Assembly: GCA_965113315.1 (NCBI GenBank)
Contig: OZ220365.1
Length of the DNA: 64,000 nucleotides
Source of the DNA: Podarcis vaucheri
Taxonomy: Eukaryota
Strand: one strand, 5' to 3'
Shown: one piece after another, positions 51,368 to 64,000 of the stretch
How positions within the stretch are numbered: position 1 is the stretch's first letter
How the letters are laid out: the number at the start of each line of letters is the position of its first letter
Program-made: the position numbers and the translations under genes
The notes under the pieces: model-generated
The model's input: the letters and a program-made list of their open reading frames with translations, nothing else
The model's database searches: none
Told to the model about the DNA's origin: nothing

Positions 51368-51786
51368 GTGAGATGCTTTAAAAAATGCTCAAGGCTAGCC
51401 AATGAAGATGCAGCACTAATCTCTTTTAACTGTGGTATAACGGTTGGGAACAGGCCACAGGATTATGCATTCCATTTCTGCTCCCCACCCCCATACTCCT
51501 GCAGCTACCCATTAAGCATGGTTCATTGATGTGCATGCCTTGCCACTAAACCATGTTTATCCCTAACCTAGGTGTATTCAAAGCCTAGCATTTTCAATCC
51601 TTGAGCAGTCTATGTACTGCTAGGATATATATATCTATATCTCTTTCTATCTATCTATCTATCTATCTATTTAATATATAGATATATATATGGGGGGGGG
51701 ACAGGGTGGCTGGGACAATCCAGCCAGATGGACGGGGTAAAAATAATAAAGTGATTATTATTTTAAAATAAAACTTTAATTTCTAG

Positions 51787-51873
51787 GTGCGCAGCTAGGA
51801 ACTGTTGTGTCTCTTCCATTGTCTGGCTTGATCTGTTTTTATATGAATTGGATTTATGTGTTCTACATATTTG
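51787..51873 (+). CDS. SLC17A5: SLC17A5 exon 5 ([29 protein letters not shown])
   Basis: 87 nt; GT-AG; close match to sialin. Confidence 0.97.
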
Positions 51874-52593
51874 GTAAGTGTTTTCACTGTAAATGCCATT
51901 CAGTTGAGTAAAGATTGTATTTTTTTTAATTATTCATTTTAAAATATGCAAAACAAAATAGTAATGAGCAAACTTTCTCAAACCCCCCTCTTTATACAAC
52001 TAATCAGCAGTATTAAGGTGTGAATTAGGTTACTCACTTTTCTCTCTCTTCCGCCTCCCCTCCATCTTTTTAATAATTATATATAACTTTTAAATATGGT
52101 TCAGGAGAATCCAGTGGTACTCCAATTTGTCATAGGTACAATTAAGATACCACAAATCCTAAGGACAATTAAAAAAAAAAATACAGCTGGAAGATTGTTT
52201 TTCAGTCCTCCGGTGTTATTGTAAAGTTTTTGTGTGTATTTCTAGAACACTTTGTGCCTGATCATTGTAAATAAATGCCTAAAATACTTCCCCAGCTATT
52301 TTGCCTGTCACACCCTGGGGAATGTCATGATCTGATGACATTTTTCTGTTAAGCTTATATATGCATGTGTGTCAAGAAATGTGATCTACAGACTGCCCAC
52401 AAAGAGAATTTCTGTCTATGGGAGAGTTCGTTCGTTTTCAGCAACCCAATTCTCTCGCTTAAATAGTCCCATTGTGCAAAACATCTCTGATTAATTTTGT
52501 TTCGTATCACACCCACGGCCACCTCATCTATGCCTTCTTTAGCTACAGGAAGCTGACAAATCTAGAAGTTTTTATGCATTTGATGTATCCTTA

Positions 52594-52938
52594 GTGGCAC
52601 TGTGGGTTAAACCACAGAGCCTAGGACTTGCTGATCAGAAGGTCAGCGGTTTCAATCCCCGCGACGGGGTGAGCTCCCGTTGCTTGGTCCCTGCTCCTGC
52701 CAACTTAGCAGTTCGAAAGCACGTCAAAATACAAGTAGATAAATAGGTACCGCTCCTGCGGAAAGGTAAACGGCTTTTCCATGCGCTGCTCTGGTTCGCC
52801 AGAAGCGGCTTAGTCATGCTGGCCACATGACCCGGAAGCTGTACGCCGGCTCCCTCGGCCAATAAAGCGAGATGAGCGCCGCAACCCCAGAGTTGGTCAC
52901 GACTGGACCTAATGGTCAGGGATCCCTTTACCTTTACC
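52594..52938 (+). mobile_element. Sauria SINE, near full length
   Basis: tRNA-like head GTGGCACTGTGGGTTAAACC; TAGTCATGCTGGCCACATGACC body; (ACCTTT)n tail. Confidence 0.9.
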
Positions 52939-53454
52939 TAGCAGACAACGGCAATTGGTACACACGGCTTCACATTTAAGTGATCCTCTGGATATGCGCA
53001 CACACATTTGTTATGTTGGAACGATCTCTTTCATTTACCTTTGGAGGCGGGAGTGGCTGGTTATGCCTGTGGGATCCACAAGTAGCTCTGGCTTGAGAGA
53101 CATTTCACGGTGATCTTCGGATGCTCTGTAATAGCAGCTGGCAAGGCACTGTGGGTGGGGCAGCCCTGTTCTCCCAAGTTTCCCAGCACCAAACATCACT
53201 ATAACTTGCCAAGAGGAGAGAGAGGGGTAAAGGAGTGTCAGATTGGTTCTGCCGCCGTGTCCACTGTGTGCTGAGCTGCCCACTGTCTTATCCTCTGCCC
53301 CTCTCCCTCCTGGTAAGGGGCAGTAATGTGAGATATTGGGAAGCCAAGCAAGAGCAACACAGCACCACCCTGGTGGGTTGTAGCGATGCTTGCAAATTTA
53401 AAGTCTCATGGCTGCCATTTCCTTGACCATAAGCGTTGTTGTTTTCACTTTAAG

Positions 53455-53573
53455 GTGCCCTAGGTGTGCTGTGGTTCATCTTCTGGATGTTGATAGTTAG
53501 TGACACACCAGAAACACACAAGAGAATTTCTCATGCAGAAAAGGAATACATCCTCTCCTCCCTTACAGATCAG
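53455..53573 (+). CDS. SLC17A5: SLC17A5 exon 6 ([40 protein letters not shown])
   Basis: 119 nt; VSDTPxxHKRISxxEKEYI motif. Confidence 0.97.
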
Positions 53574-54226
53574 GTGTGTACTTTTTGGTCAAGCCTTTGC
53601 TCATTTCTGTTGACGTACTGGGGTAATATACATCCACTATTGTATTCAAAGGACAAAGAGGTCCTTGAAAAATGCTTTTAAAGCTCAGTAACATTTTGTT
53701 GTTTTATAAGATTTATTATCCGTCCTTCGCCGTAAGGTCCCAAGGCGGGATACATCAATAAAACATGCAATTATAATTAGAACCGTTGCAATTATAAATG
53801 CATAAAACAGATGGAACAGAACTGTATAAAAGAGGTGGTTCCAGCAGACGAAAAAGCCAGCTAAAAAGAACATTTGGGTGAGAAAGGGAACAAGAATGCC
53901 CAGCAGCAGAATCCCTGAAAAGTCACCACTCAGACAAATGTTTTGTCCTCCTAATGTTAAACAAAAGTTCACCCATGCTGTGCACCAACCATGGTTAAGT
54001 GTGGGTATACCTGCATGCAGTAGGTAAGGGACTGAAGGAGGAACATGAATCCCATAGCTTGTTCCTGATCTCCTTAAGCGTCTGCATTAAGGGATCTACC
54101 ATTATGCTTAAGAGTGCAGACTGGCAGGAAGAAGCTCTTTAGAAAAAATCCTCTTTGATGTTTTAAGAAGTGCGATTCAATTTTTTTTAAAAGAACATCT
54201 ATGTGAATTTAATTCCTTCTCTTTAG

Positions 54227-54385
54227 CTTTCTACTCAGAAATCCATCCCTTGGGGAGCCATACTGACGTCACTTCCACTCTGGGCTATTGTCGTAGCACA
54301 CTTTTCTTATAACTGGACTTTCTACACACTCCTTACCCTATTGCCTACTTACATGAAGGAAATTCTGAGGTTTGATGTGCAGGAG
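54227..54385 (+). CDS. SLC17A5: SLC17A5 exon 7 (LSTQKSIPW...[30 protein letters not shown])
   Basis: 159 nt; near-identical to the sialin segment. Confidence 0.98.
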
Positions 54386-55139
54386 GTAAGATACCCTGTG
54401 TTTTCCAGTTACAAAATTTACCCTGAAGTGACCTAGGCTAGATTGTAAACTTGGCTTTCAGTAGGAATTACAAAGACAGTCAGAACCTAAGCACCCAGTG
54501 GGGCGAAGCTACAGGAATAACCTCCTGACCATGCGGTCAGGGCTGCACAGGGTCATTCAATTATAGCACAACTCTACATAGGTCTATTTATTATTTATAC
54601 CCCGCCCATCTAGCTGGGTTTCCCCAGCCACTCTGGGCAGCTTCCAACAGAATATTAAAATACAATAGTCCCATGGAGTCTAATGTGACTTGCTTCTGAG
54701 TAGACATGCATAGGCTTTCTCTGTTAGCCTCTTGGCTGAGTGGAAATGCGATCCCAAATTGCTGGTTCATGGCTTATACCACACACTGGTATTCAGTATG
54801 TGGCCTTGAAGTCAGCTCTGTATGGATATCTGGCAGTGCTGAGAGATTTTAGGAACAAGAATCTCAAATGGCATCTTTGTCACCTGTCACAGGAACACAA
54901 GGCCACGTGTTCGTGTTTTTCCTGGGAAATCCATTCTAGTGAGCGAAGGGGAGGCTTTGGGTATCCAACACTTCCACACACCCCTGCAGCCCATAAATAA
55001 TTCTGTTAATTTAACCAGCAATATTACTTCTGGAAGTGCAGCTCTTAAAACTCTAGCCACTTTTTAGTGAGCATACTGAAATTTGAACGTGCAACTTAAA
55101 AATCAATTTACTATCAGAAGAGAGAGAATTGTCCTTTAT

Positions 55140-55144
<5 letters not shown>

Positions 55145-55216
<72 letters not shown>
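55145..55216. repeat. Compound microsatellite (CT)n(CA)n
   Basis: Direct reading; other SSRs at ~37855 (TG)n, ~38341 (CT)n, ~48148 (TGTGG)n, ~51625 (TA/TCTA)n. Confidence 0.95.
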
Positions 55217-55217
<1 letters not shown>

Positions 55218-56770
55218 TACGGTGCCATTGCTGTTCCGTTTTGCATTTTAAGGTTAACGGCTTAATTAAAAATGTGCTGCCCATTCAAGAGCATTTGCTA
55301 AAATTAGGTTGAAGCAGCTGTGAAGAGCAGCCTATCCAACTCCTTTACCTTGTGCTTCAATTCTAAAGGTTGCTATGTAAATTCCTTCAGAGCAATTGCA
55401 ATTTTTGTTCTGCTGGCTGCACATTTAACAGGCTCTCTGAGACTGAACACCTGTGACAAACAAATGTGCACCAGAGGGTTCTTTTTCCCGGGAGGAAGGA
55501 ATTGAAGCTGTTTCTCTGGCTCCTTGTTCCTTTTCCTCCTGGAACATTCTGCTTCTGTTCTTGGGAGAACCTTCGGATAAGTCGCCCAGTCTGCTGGGTG
55601 CAGCATCAAGCTGGGTTCCTTAACCTTTGGGAGTGGCAGAGTTGCTGACTGGGAGTGCTTCACTTCAAGTCAGAGTCTGAATCCCCTTTGGTGGGTCTGG
55701 GTCTGCTGATTTATAAACATGTCCCCTCAGTGTGTGACACAGATGCTATGCAGAACATCAGTTCTTCTGATTGCCATGGGCTTTCCTACAGTGGATCTTC
55801 AACAGTAATCACACCCTTTGGGTAAAATTTTCCAGAAATTTCAGTTACAGAGTTGGCTGTTGACTCTTCTCTTCATGAACTGCCTAAAGCACGCTAACTT
55901 TTGTCTGCAAGGTGCATAATTAAATGGAGAAATCCCTGAAGTGTGAACCAGCCCTTTAAGCATCTCCTTTTAAATCAGATTGATCTGATACCAGCGCTTT
56001 GCAGTTTACCTCAGTAGAAATAGAATTGGTCTTGATATATATAACAAAGAGAGCCAACTTGGTTCCCCTCCAAATATTGGATGACAGCTCCCATCATCCT
56101 GGACCATTGGCCACACTAGCTGGGGCTGATGGGAGTTGGAGTCTACAAACATCTGTAGGCATAACATTGGCTCTGTCCTTTTGCTTACCTGAAGGGTTTC
56201 TCAGACTCTTTTTTTCCAGAATAAGCCACCTTGCCTGAACATGGCTGTTGCAGTTCCCGCTCACTGTAAAAAGAATCTAAGCCAAGACGGGTGGACTGAC
56301 AAGCAGTTCTAGCTGCCACTCCAGCCTCAAACCAGGCAGATGTCTTCTCCTTTAACTTGGCTGTTAACCTCTGGTGTATCTCTGAAAATAGGTGGAAAGC
56401 TGCTGTTGTTAAACCAGATACTCGTGTCTCATAACTCAGGATTTGTTTCCACTGTAGCTTGCAAGAATTTATCACTTTGCCATATCCTTAGAAAGGAAGT
56501 CAGTTTCCTTTATCATAAAATGTGTGACTTGTCAATTATGTTCACTGGTTATCTTACAGTACAGTATCCATTAAACACTACAACAAAACAGCTGTTTCAG
56601 ACAGTACAAAACAGCCTCTAAATAGCTGTCCCCAACCCCATTTGTACTGCTGAAGACATTTATTATTTTTATTATTCTGTACTTAGGTATTCATCTTGAA
56701 AGTAAATAAATATATGCACAAAAACGGTGTTCCCATCCCATCCTAAATCTGGTTTTCTTTTTCTGTACAG

Positions 56771-56903
56771 AATGGATTTTTATCTGCACTGCCTTATTTT
56801 GGCTGCTGGATTTGTATCATTCTATCTGGTCAATTTGCTGATTATTTGCGGGAAAAGCAAAACATGCCCACCGTATGTGTTCGCAAAACATTTACCCTGA
56901 TAG
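56771..56903 (+). CDS. SLC17A5: SLC17A5 exon 8 ([13 protein letters not shown]...VRKTFTLI)
   Basis: 133 nt; GT-AG. Confidence 0.97.
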
Positions 56904-58238
56904 GTAAGGAAAGAATGTGCTTGTTTTCAATTTGGCTTGTAGTTTAAATGGGGTTTTGTCGAGCTTGTGCAATGTTTTTGCCTGCTTTAATAAGCCCCCT
57001 CCCTCAGTTTTGAATTCTTTCCTGTTGTAAAGAAAGCTGCAATTCTCCTGCCGGATTCTTTCTGGCAGGTGCATTTTATATACGCTTATATTCCCAGTAG
57101 TAACAAGAGCATTCCTGCGCAACCTGTGTTCCATAATACCAAATGCAGCTCCTCAACTCAGCCTTGTATGGTGGCCCACCAAGGACTTTATAAACACTTC
57201 ACTTTTGCTGCTTTTGCTCTCAGTAAATGGTAGGCATCCCTGGCTGGGTATGCAGAGTGGTCAGTCCCTTTCTGGCTGCTGCTCCCAGGATTTTGTGGCT
57301 AGCAGAGCCAAAGAATAACATTGGTGAGATGCTCTTCGTGTGCCCTTGGGCTTTTGGAGAAAACCGGTGCCTGGACACTTCTTCTAACAGCTGAGAGATG
57401 AAACCAGCATTGGACCAGATGTTAATAGCTTTGGACAGAGCCCTTGTTTCTTATCCCTTACTGGTTGGTTGTAGGTTCATAGGAAGGAGCCTTAACTGAG
57501 TGTAATGGAGAGTTAACTGTTATACTGCTGTTCCCGCTATAGGTGGCCCTGTGTCCAAATGAGGCAGTGAGTCATGCTGTTTTTCTTGTTTGCAATGAAG
57601 CTGCTAAGCATCCATTCTGGCTTGGTCTCTTCTCTGAAATAAACCGACACTGAGTCAGCCCTTTGTTACATCATCTAGCTCAGTATTGTCTACACTGATT
57701 GGCAGTGTCTTACCATGTGCTTCTCAGCGCCGCCGCCCCCGCCCCCCGAGATGGCAGGGATCTGAACCTGGGAGAGTTGCTTTTGAAGTAGGCGTTCCAC
57801 TACTGAGCTGTGCCATCTCAATCCATCCTCCATGTTCTCCCCATGTTCTCGCTTGCCCTTTCCATGTGCCAATAACTTCTGAATAAGCTCTCGAAGCAAC
57901 CTGAAATGGCAATTATATAAACTGAAGCTGAGATAACTTCACAAAAAACAATGATTTAAAATGCAGATATTTTAATCAACTGTTCTTCTGCTCTGTTCTT
58001 TCTCCATCTCCAAATGCCCTTCGCTATTTCATCGTAATATAAAACAATAAGTCTTGATCAGAACGGGATATGTTTGATATTTCCCATATTCTTGTGACTT
58101 TTTTATTACCCAGTTGGGTTATTTAATAAGCAACTACAACAGGTTTGTTTGTTTTAATGAACATCTAAAGTACCAATAGCTTCAATTTTGTCATGGATAA
58201 GGTAGCTCAGGCAAAAGAATGCATCTCCAAATTGAATA

Positions 58239-58484
58239 CAGTCATGCCTCAGGTTAAAGTCGCTTCAAGTTAAATCTTTTCAGGTTGCGTCCTGCGGCGA
58301 CCCAGAAGTAACGGAACGGGTTACTTCCGGGTTTCACCGCTCATGCATGTTCAGACGCTCAGAATGACGTCACGTGTATGCGCAGACGCAGCAAATCGCG
58401 ACCCACACAGACGCGAGTTGCGTTCTGCTCATGATGTGAACGGGGCTCCGGAACGGATCCCGTTTGCATCCAGAGGTACCACTG
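58239..58484. mobile_element. Tc1/mariner-type MITE with related TIR and different interior
   Basis: TA|CAGTCATGCCTC...GAGGTACCACTG|TA. Confidence 0.75.
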
Positions 58485-59274
58485 TAGTGATATAGTTTGT
58501 TCACTAGGTGGCAGCACAATGTAGAATAATTACTAGGCCTTTCCTCTCTTTATTTTCAGTTTTTGTAATGATGGTCAGTCCATAAGACAGCAGCACAAAA
58601 GACACAGAGATTAAAACATTTCTTAGCTAGCTTGAAACTAGATTCTGCTTTAAAAGTTCCATGCAAAAGTAGTTGCTTATTTCTCACTTAGGCTGCTTAC
58701 TTTCCACCCGTCTTGTAACATTATAGTAGGCCAGACAAAATAATTTCATAATGTTACTGTGGGACATTTTTCAGTAATGTGGATCTTGGGACAGACTCTA
58801 GGCTCTGAGTGCGACTGCAATGATCTCTTTCCCGGGGATTGAATGCATTCATTCAGTGTGTGTAATATGCTTGAGAGCAGTGCTGCATGTCTTGAACCGA
58901 TCCTGTGTTAATCCCTATGAATGCATGAAGCTGCCTTGTATATTAGTCCATCGAGCCCAGCGTTGTCTGCTCCAGAAGAGTTCTGCTTCCAGAATTCCTT
59001 CTAACTGGAGATGTCAGGCTCTAAACATTCACATGCAGAGCATTTGCTCTTGTCACTGATCAATGGCACTTCTTGTGTCAGTAGGAACTCCTATACCCTT
59101 ACAAGTGTCTTCTTCCACCATTGTGTGCCTTCAACGTTGCACTCTACCAGGGCCACTACCTCTTTTTTCATCTACCCTTACAGCTTCTGAGTTTCCAGGT
59201 GCTCCTGCATCTCTAACCTGTTTGCTTTCCTGTGCCTTGGTGCAACAGGCTCTTTAGACGTGGTTAGGATACAG

Positions 59275-59530
59275 CAATGGTTGACAAACTAAGGCCCGGG
59301 GGCCAGATCCAGCCCAATCGCCTTCTCAATCCGGCCCTTGGACAGTCCGGGCATCAGTGTGTTTTTACATGAGTAGAATGTGCTCTTTTATTTAAAATGC
59401 ATCTCTGGGTTATTTGTGGGGCATAGGAATTCATTCATTCCCCCCCCCCAAAAAAAAATATAGTCTGGCCCCCCACAAGGTCTGAGGGACAGCGGACCAG
59501 CCCACTGCTGAAAAAGTTTGCTGACCCCTG
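59275..59530. mobile_element. hAT MITE related to the 62137 element (opposite orientation)
   Basis: Shared interior (ATGAGTAGAATGTG...TTTAAAATGCATCTCTGGG); right TIR TTTGCTGACCCCTG; TSD not evident. Confidence 0.75.
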
Positions 59531-59701
59531 CTTTAGGCAGTCTTGCCCAGGGATCAGCAAAGGACTGTTGCTTTGTTTATAGATCAAGAGCTGAGAACCA
59601 CCAGTATTATTTTTTAATGAAAAGTCACTGCAATGTTTTACAAAGAATAAACAAAATTTGGGTTCCCATGAAGGTAAGGTTTCTGCTTTGTTTTTATTAA
59701 G

Positions 59702-59849
59702 GAATGATTGGACCTGCCGTATTCCTTGTAGCAGCTGGATTCATAGGCTGCGATTATGAAATGGCTGTTGCATTTGTAACCATATCCACAACACTAGGGG
59801 GTTTTTCTACATCTGGATACAGCATCAACCACCTCGATATTGCACCATC
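59702..59849 (+). CDS. SLC17A5: SLC17A5 exon 9 ([19 protein letters not shown]...INHLDIAPS); exons 10-11 not found in window
   Basis: 148 nt; NHLDIAP motif; phase-2 donor gtaagt. Confidence 0.97.
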
Positions 59850-59878
59850 GTAAGTATTCATGATTGAGTGTGCATTTT

Positions 59879-60078
59879 NNNNNNNNNNNNNNNNNNNNNN
59901 NNNNNNNNNNNNNNNNNNNNNNNNNNNNNNNNNNNNNNNNNNNNNNNNNNNNNNNNNNNNNNNNNNNNNNNNNNNNNNNNNNNNNNNNNNNNNNNNNNNN
60001 NNNNNNNNNNNNNNNNNNNNNNNNNNNNNNNNNNNNNNNNNNNNNNNNNNNNNNNNNNNNNNNNNNNNNNNNNNNNNN
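59879..60078. other. Assembly gap (200 N)
   Basis: Run of exactly 200 N, typical of a fixed-size scaffolding gap. Confidence 0.99.
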
Positions 60079-60160
60079 GCCGCGGGGATTCGAACCGCCG
60101 ACCTTACGATCGGCAAGCCCTAGGCGCTGAGGCTTTTACCCACAGCGCCACCCGCGTCCC
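60079..60160 (-). mobile_element. Sauria SINE 5' end truncated by the assembly gap
   Basis: GGGACGCGGGTGGCGCTGTGGGTAAAA head on the minus strand. Confidence 0.8.
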
Positions 60161-61110
60161 CAGCAGCTGGGTGTACTGGCATTTAAAACTTCGGATTCCC
60201 CACCTTTTTGTGAATCATATTGGAGCTGTATTCCTTTGCTTTTCTTCAGGAAATTCAGCACAGACTTCGATGACTAAGCTACATTCCTGTACCCAGTTTC
60301 CTGGGGATAAGCCCCACTGAATTCAAATGGGACTTACTAATAAACAGTCAAGCACTGGATTGCACTGTGCGGATGAGCTTTCCATAAAGAGAGAGAGAGA
60401 GAGAGTTTTAATGTGCAAGCCCTCAAACGAGTGAGCGACTGACGATCTTTTTGCTGAGTCATGAAACACAGCTATGTAGCTGTCAATTGCTTTGTCTCAA
60501 TATGCACCAAGCAAGAAAGTTACTCTTCTAAGCGGTTCTGTTCCTGGCAGAGGAGACAAAAGAGGGGGATTTAAAATGACTAAGCGCACTCTGCTGAGCT
60601 CTCGTTCATGCCTCTGGAACAATCGAGAGAGAGAGCAATATCCGGGCTGCAGACTAAAGGAAACTTTTTAGTATATCGCCACTGCCCTTCCCTCAGTGCA
60701 GAATGGGTTTTCTATCTTACGGGGTTATAAATGGAATTCTAAACAATTTCAAAGCATTCAGGACATGTAAAACAACCAAGGTGAAAAATATCAACAGAAC
60801 TACTGAGAATCTGACTAAAAATCAAGCTTAACATTTTCTTTATAAAGCAATTATTAAAGCATTTCCTAGCAATTATTATTACCCCCCCCCCAGTATCCTT
60901 AACTGTGATCACTGTTGATATATTTCACTTTCAAAAGTGATATAATCATACACACACACAAATACGGACATTTTAATATAAACCCACATAATAATTTTTT
61001 GCCTATACATTAAATATCCTTTTTCAGCCAAGAACAATTAGACTTTAATGATTTTTAATATTATATTTTACCCAAAAAGCATGTAGGGATTTACTGTGTC
61101 ATCTACAACT

Positions 61111-61444
61111 CTGACCATTAGGTCCAGTTGTGACCGACTCTGGGGTTGCGGTGCTCATCTCGCTTTATTGGCCGAGGGAGCCGGCGTACAGCTTCCGGGT
61201 CATGTGGCCAGCATGACTAAGCCGCTTCTGGCAAACCAGAGCAGCACACAGAAACGCTGTTTACCTTCCCACCAGAGCGGTACCTATTTATCTATTTGCA
61301 CTTTGACATGCTTTCGAACTGCTAGGTTAGCAGGAGCAGGGACCGAGCAACTGGAGCTCGCCCATCACGGGGATTCGAACCACTTACCTTCCGATCGGCA
61401 AATCTTAGGCTCTGTGGTTTAACCCACAGTGCCACCTGTGTCCC
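61111..61444 (-). mobile_element. Sauria SINE
   Basis: Reverse-complement homologue of 52594-52938. Confidence 0.9.
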
Positions 61445-61580
61445 TTCCAATATGCCATAAACAGCTCCAATTCTCAATAAAACTTGTCCCTCTGTCTAGT
61501 CTGCCTTGCTGAGTTAAATTTCTTCAACACCTCAGATTCTAATCACCAAAATTTCCAGTCTAGAGGACTCTTGCTCTTTA

Positions 61581-61834
61581 AGAGCCAGTGTGGTGTAGTG
61601 GTTAAGAGCGGTAGTCATGTAATCTTGGGAACCGGGTTCGCGTCTCCGCTCCTCCACATGCAGCTGCTGGGTGACCTTGGGCCAGTCACACTTCTCTGAA
61701 GTCTCTCAGCCCCACTCACCTCACAGAGTGTTTGTTGTGGGGGAGGAAGGGAAAGGAGAATGTTAGCCGCTTTGAGACTCCTGAAGGGGAGTGAAAGGCG
61801 GGATATCAAATCCAAACTCTTCTTCTTCTTCTTC
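61581..61834 (+). mobile_element. tRNA/CORE SINE (Squam3-like), young copy
   Basis: A/B-box head GTGGTGTAGTGGTTAAG...GGTTCG; CORE GGGTGACCTTGGGCCAGTCAC; (CTT)n tail. Confidence 0.85.
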
Positions 61835-62136
61835 ATGCTCGTGCCAAAAAAAAGTCTAATTCATCTCTATTAGTGATCAGAGTCCATAACTTTCTAACAC
61901 TGACTCAGAAAAGCTCCCAATGTAGTACACAATGTAACATAATAAAACCACCATAAAATACATATTAGTGCAGCCATGGGCAAATTAGAATTGAGTCCCT
62001 GTGCCTTTAGCAGCTGGGTAGACAGGGGAACGTTGTCGAACACATTTTGTGATGCAGGAGCGAGAAAAAGCTCTCTGTGTGCACTGACAATTCTCTCCTC
62101 TTCTTCGCAATCAGAGGAAACAGATATTCTCTATAT

Positions 62137-62465
62137 CAGGGGTCAGCAACCTTTTTCAGCTCTGGGCCGGTCCACCATCTCTCAGACCATGTGGTGGGCC
62201 AGACTATATTTTGGGGGGCAGGGGCGGGGATGAACGAATTCCTATGCCCCACAAATAACCCAGAGATGCATTTTAAATAAAAGGACACATTCTACTCATG
62301 TAAAAACACCAGTCAGGCACCACAAATAACCTAGAGATGCATTTTAAATAAAAGGACACATTCTACTCATATAAAAACACGCTGATTCCCGAACCGTCCG
62401 CAGGCCAGATTGAGAAGGCAGTTGGGCTGCATCTGGCCCATGGACCTTAAGGTTGCCCACCCCTG
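62137..62465. mobile_element. hAT MITE with an internal ~60-bp duplication
   Basis: TIR CAGGGGTCAGCAACCTT / AAGGTTGCCCACCCCTG; 8-bp TSD CTCTATAT. Confidence 0.88.
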
Positions 62466-63569
62466 CTCTATATCATGTTTGTTGCAAGCTAGCCCATCTG
62501 CCTAGCTCTGTTTCTGAGGAAGATGCCTAGAGAGGGGATTTTTGTTTGTTTGTTTCTGGACCTAGAGCAGTGACTTGCTAAGGGGCACAGACTGAGGCTT
62601 GTTGGTGACAAAGAGCTTTCCTTTCCTTAACTTGAACTATTTTTATGTCCCCTTCAGGGGCGGGGGCTGGTAAGGACCCCGTCCTCATACACAACGTTCG
62701 CCATTACAACCTTCGCCGTTACTAGGCCTACAACAGCAAGCCAAATCTCAGAAGTCACAGGCATGTTGACAACTTTTTTTTCAGATGTTGTTCCAGAGGT
62801 TTCTCCTCAGCTTTGTTTGAGATAAGGAAACCCACCAGAGCTTGGTTCTTCCTTTTCAAAGCTCTTACTAAACCATGGAACAGTTGAGGAACCTGCAGCC
62901 TTCCAGATGTTGTTGGACTCCAACCCTTATTAACCACAGCCAACAACAGGGCAAACTGTCAGGTATGATAGGACCACAGGTTAGTTACCCCTGCCCTGGA
63001 ACTGAGATGCAAATAACGAGGTGCAAATAAGAAAATATCTCTTCCTCACCACAAGAACTGCACCCCCTCTCCTCACACTGTTTTCAAAAACAAATTTGGA
63101 TGTCCTCATTATAATCTGAATGCCAATTTTAGATGCAGCGGTGTTTTACCTATCAAATCTGCAACTGAGCCTGTAGTTGCTATTTGAAGTCAAGCATTCA
63201 CAAGTACATTCCCGACAGCATCATAAAAAATATTTGCAAAAATATTTGTGTATTTTTAGGACCTGTAGGCTGTTTCCTTTAACAACACATGTGATGTATT
63301 GCTCATCCTCTGTAACTCTGAAGTGATCACAGAATACGGCTGGATCAACATGAAATTATGAACAGAGAAATTAGGGGGAAGCCAAAGCATAAAGGGCAGT
63401 TGGATAATGGAAGTTCAGATAATGGGAATATTACTATCTCTCTTGACGATACACACTTTAGATGTTATTTATGGTCCTTACAACAGAGGTAGAGAGATTT
63501 CAAATGTGTTGGATCTACTTTGTTTTTTTAGCCGGATCCCAAGACCTCCTACGCAGAAGCAGGTGCAAA

Positions 63570-63868
63570 AGAGCCAGCGTGGTGTAGTGGTTAAGAGCAG
63601 TGGATTTGTAATCTGGTGAACCGGGTTCGCTTCCCCGCTCCTCCACATGCAGCTGCTGGGTGACCTTGGGCCAGTCACACTTCTCTGAAGTCTCTCAGCC
63701 CCACTCACCTCACAGAGTGTTTGTTGTGGGGGAGGAAGGGAAAGGAGAATGTTAGCCACTTTGAGACTCCTTAGGGTAGTGATAAAGCGGGATATCAGTT
63801 CCAAACTTTTCTTCTTCTTCTTCTTCTTCTTCTTCTTCTTCTTCTTCTTCTTCTTCTTCTTCTTCTTC
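63570..63868 (+). mobile_element. tRNA/CORE SINE (Squam3-like) with expanded (CTT)n tail
   Basis: Near-identical to the 61581 copy. Confidence 0.85.
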
Positions 63869-64000
63869 GAAAGACATGCAGGTAGTATTAAAGGACAAGA
63901 TGCCTCTGAGCACATTCTGAATTGAAGGATTTGATTTCGTACCAGACCTGGATTGAGATTGCCATCTTTTCACACAAAAATCCTCTCCTGCTTAGCTTTC

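Noticed and set aside
59671-59701. Strong donor AAG|GTAAGG just upstream of SLC17A5 exon 9
   Set aside because: Would define a 28-nt intron, too short for splicing; no upstream exon evident
61581-61650. tRNA-like sequence
   Set aside because: Head of a SINE, continuous with the CORE body and tail; not a tRNA gene
63478-63973. PolyK/polyE ORFs
   Set aside because: Translation of the SINE (CTT)n tail

Overview
Vertebrate genomic DNA, most likely from a lacertid lizard (Sauria SINEs and Squam3-like CORE SINEs). Two conserved genes lie head-to-head, as at human 6q13. CD109 (minus strand) has coding exons 1-15, from ATG 30918 down to 800 (613 codons), and continues off the left edge. SLC17A5/sialin (plus strand) has coding exons 1-9 at 39466-59849; exons 10-11 were not found, and a 200-N gap follows exon 9. 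All 24 exons were read by hand with GT-AG boundaries and consistent phases. Introns hold many TA-flanked Tc1/mariner-type MITEs, hAT MITEs, SINEs, and L2/CR1/Penelope fragments. The most unusual signal is a pair of young non-autonomous hAT elements (15255-16658 and 48255-48774). They share termini and each has a perfect 8-bp TSD, but they carry different CpG-island-like cargo. One cargo resembles a captured host promoter + first coding exon + start of intron 1, suggesting a Pack-MULE-like 'Pack-hAT' family; that copy is nested in a solo LTR. Also seen: a 5'-inverted (twin-primed-like) L2, a 37-nt ends-only Sauria SINE, and an in-frame upstream ATG for sialin. Repeat family names come from recalled consensus features, not database searches.
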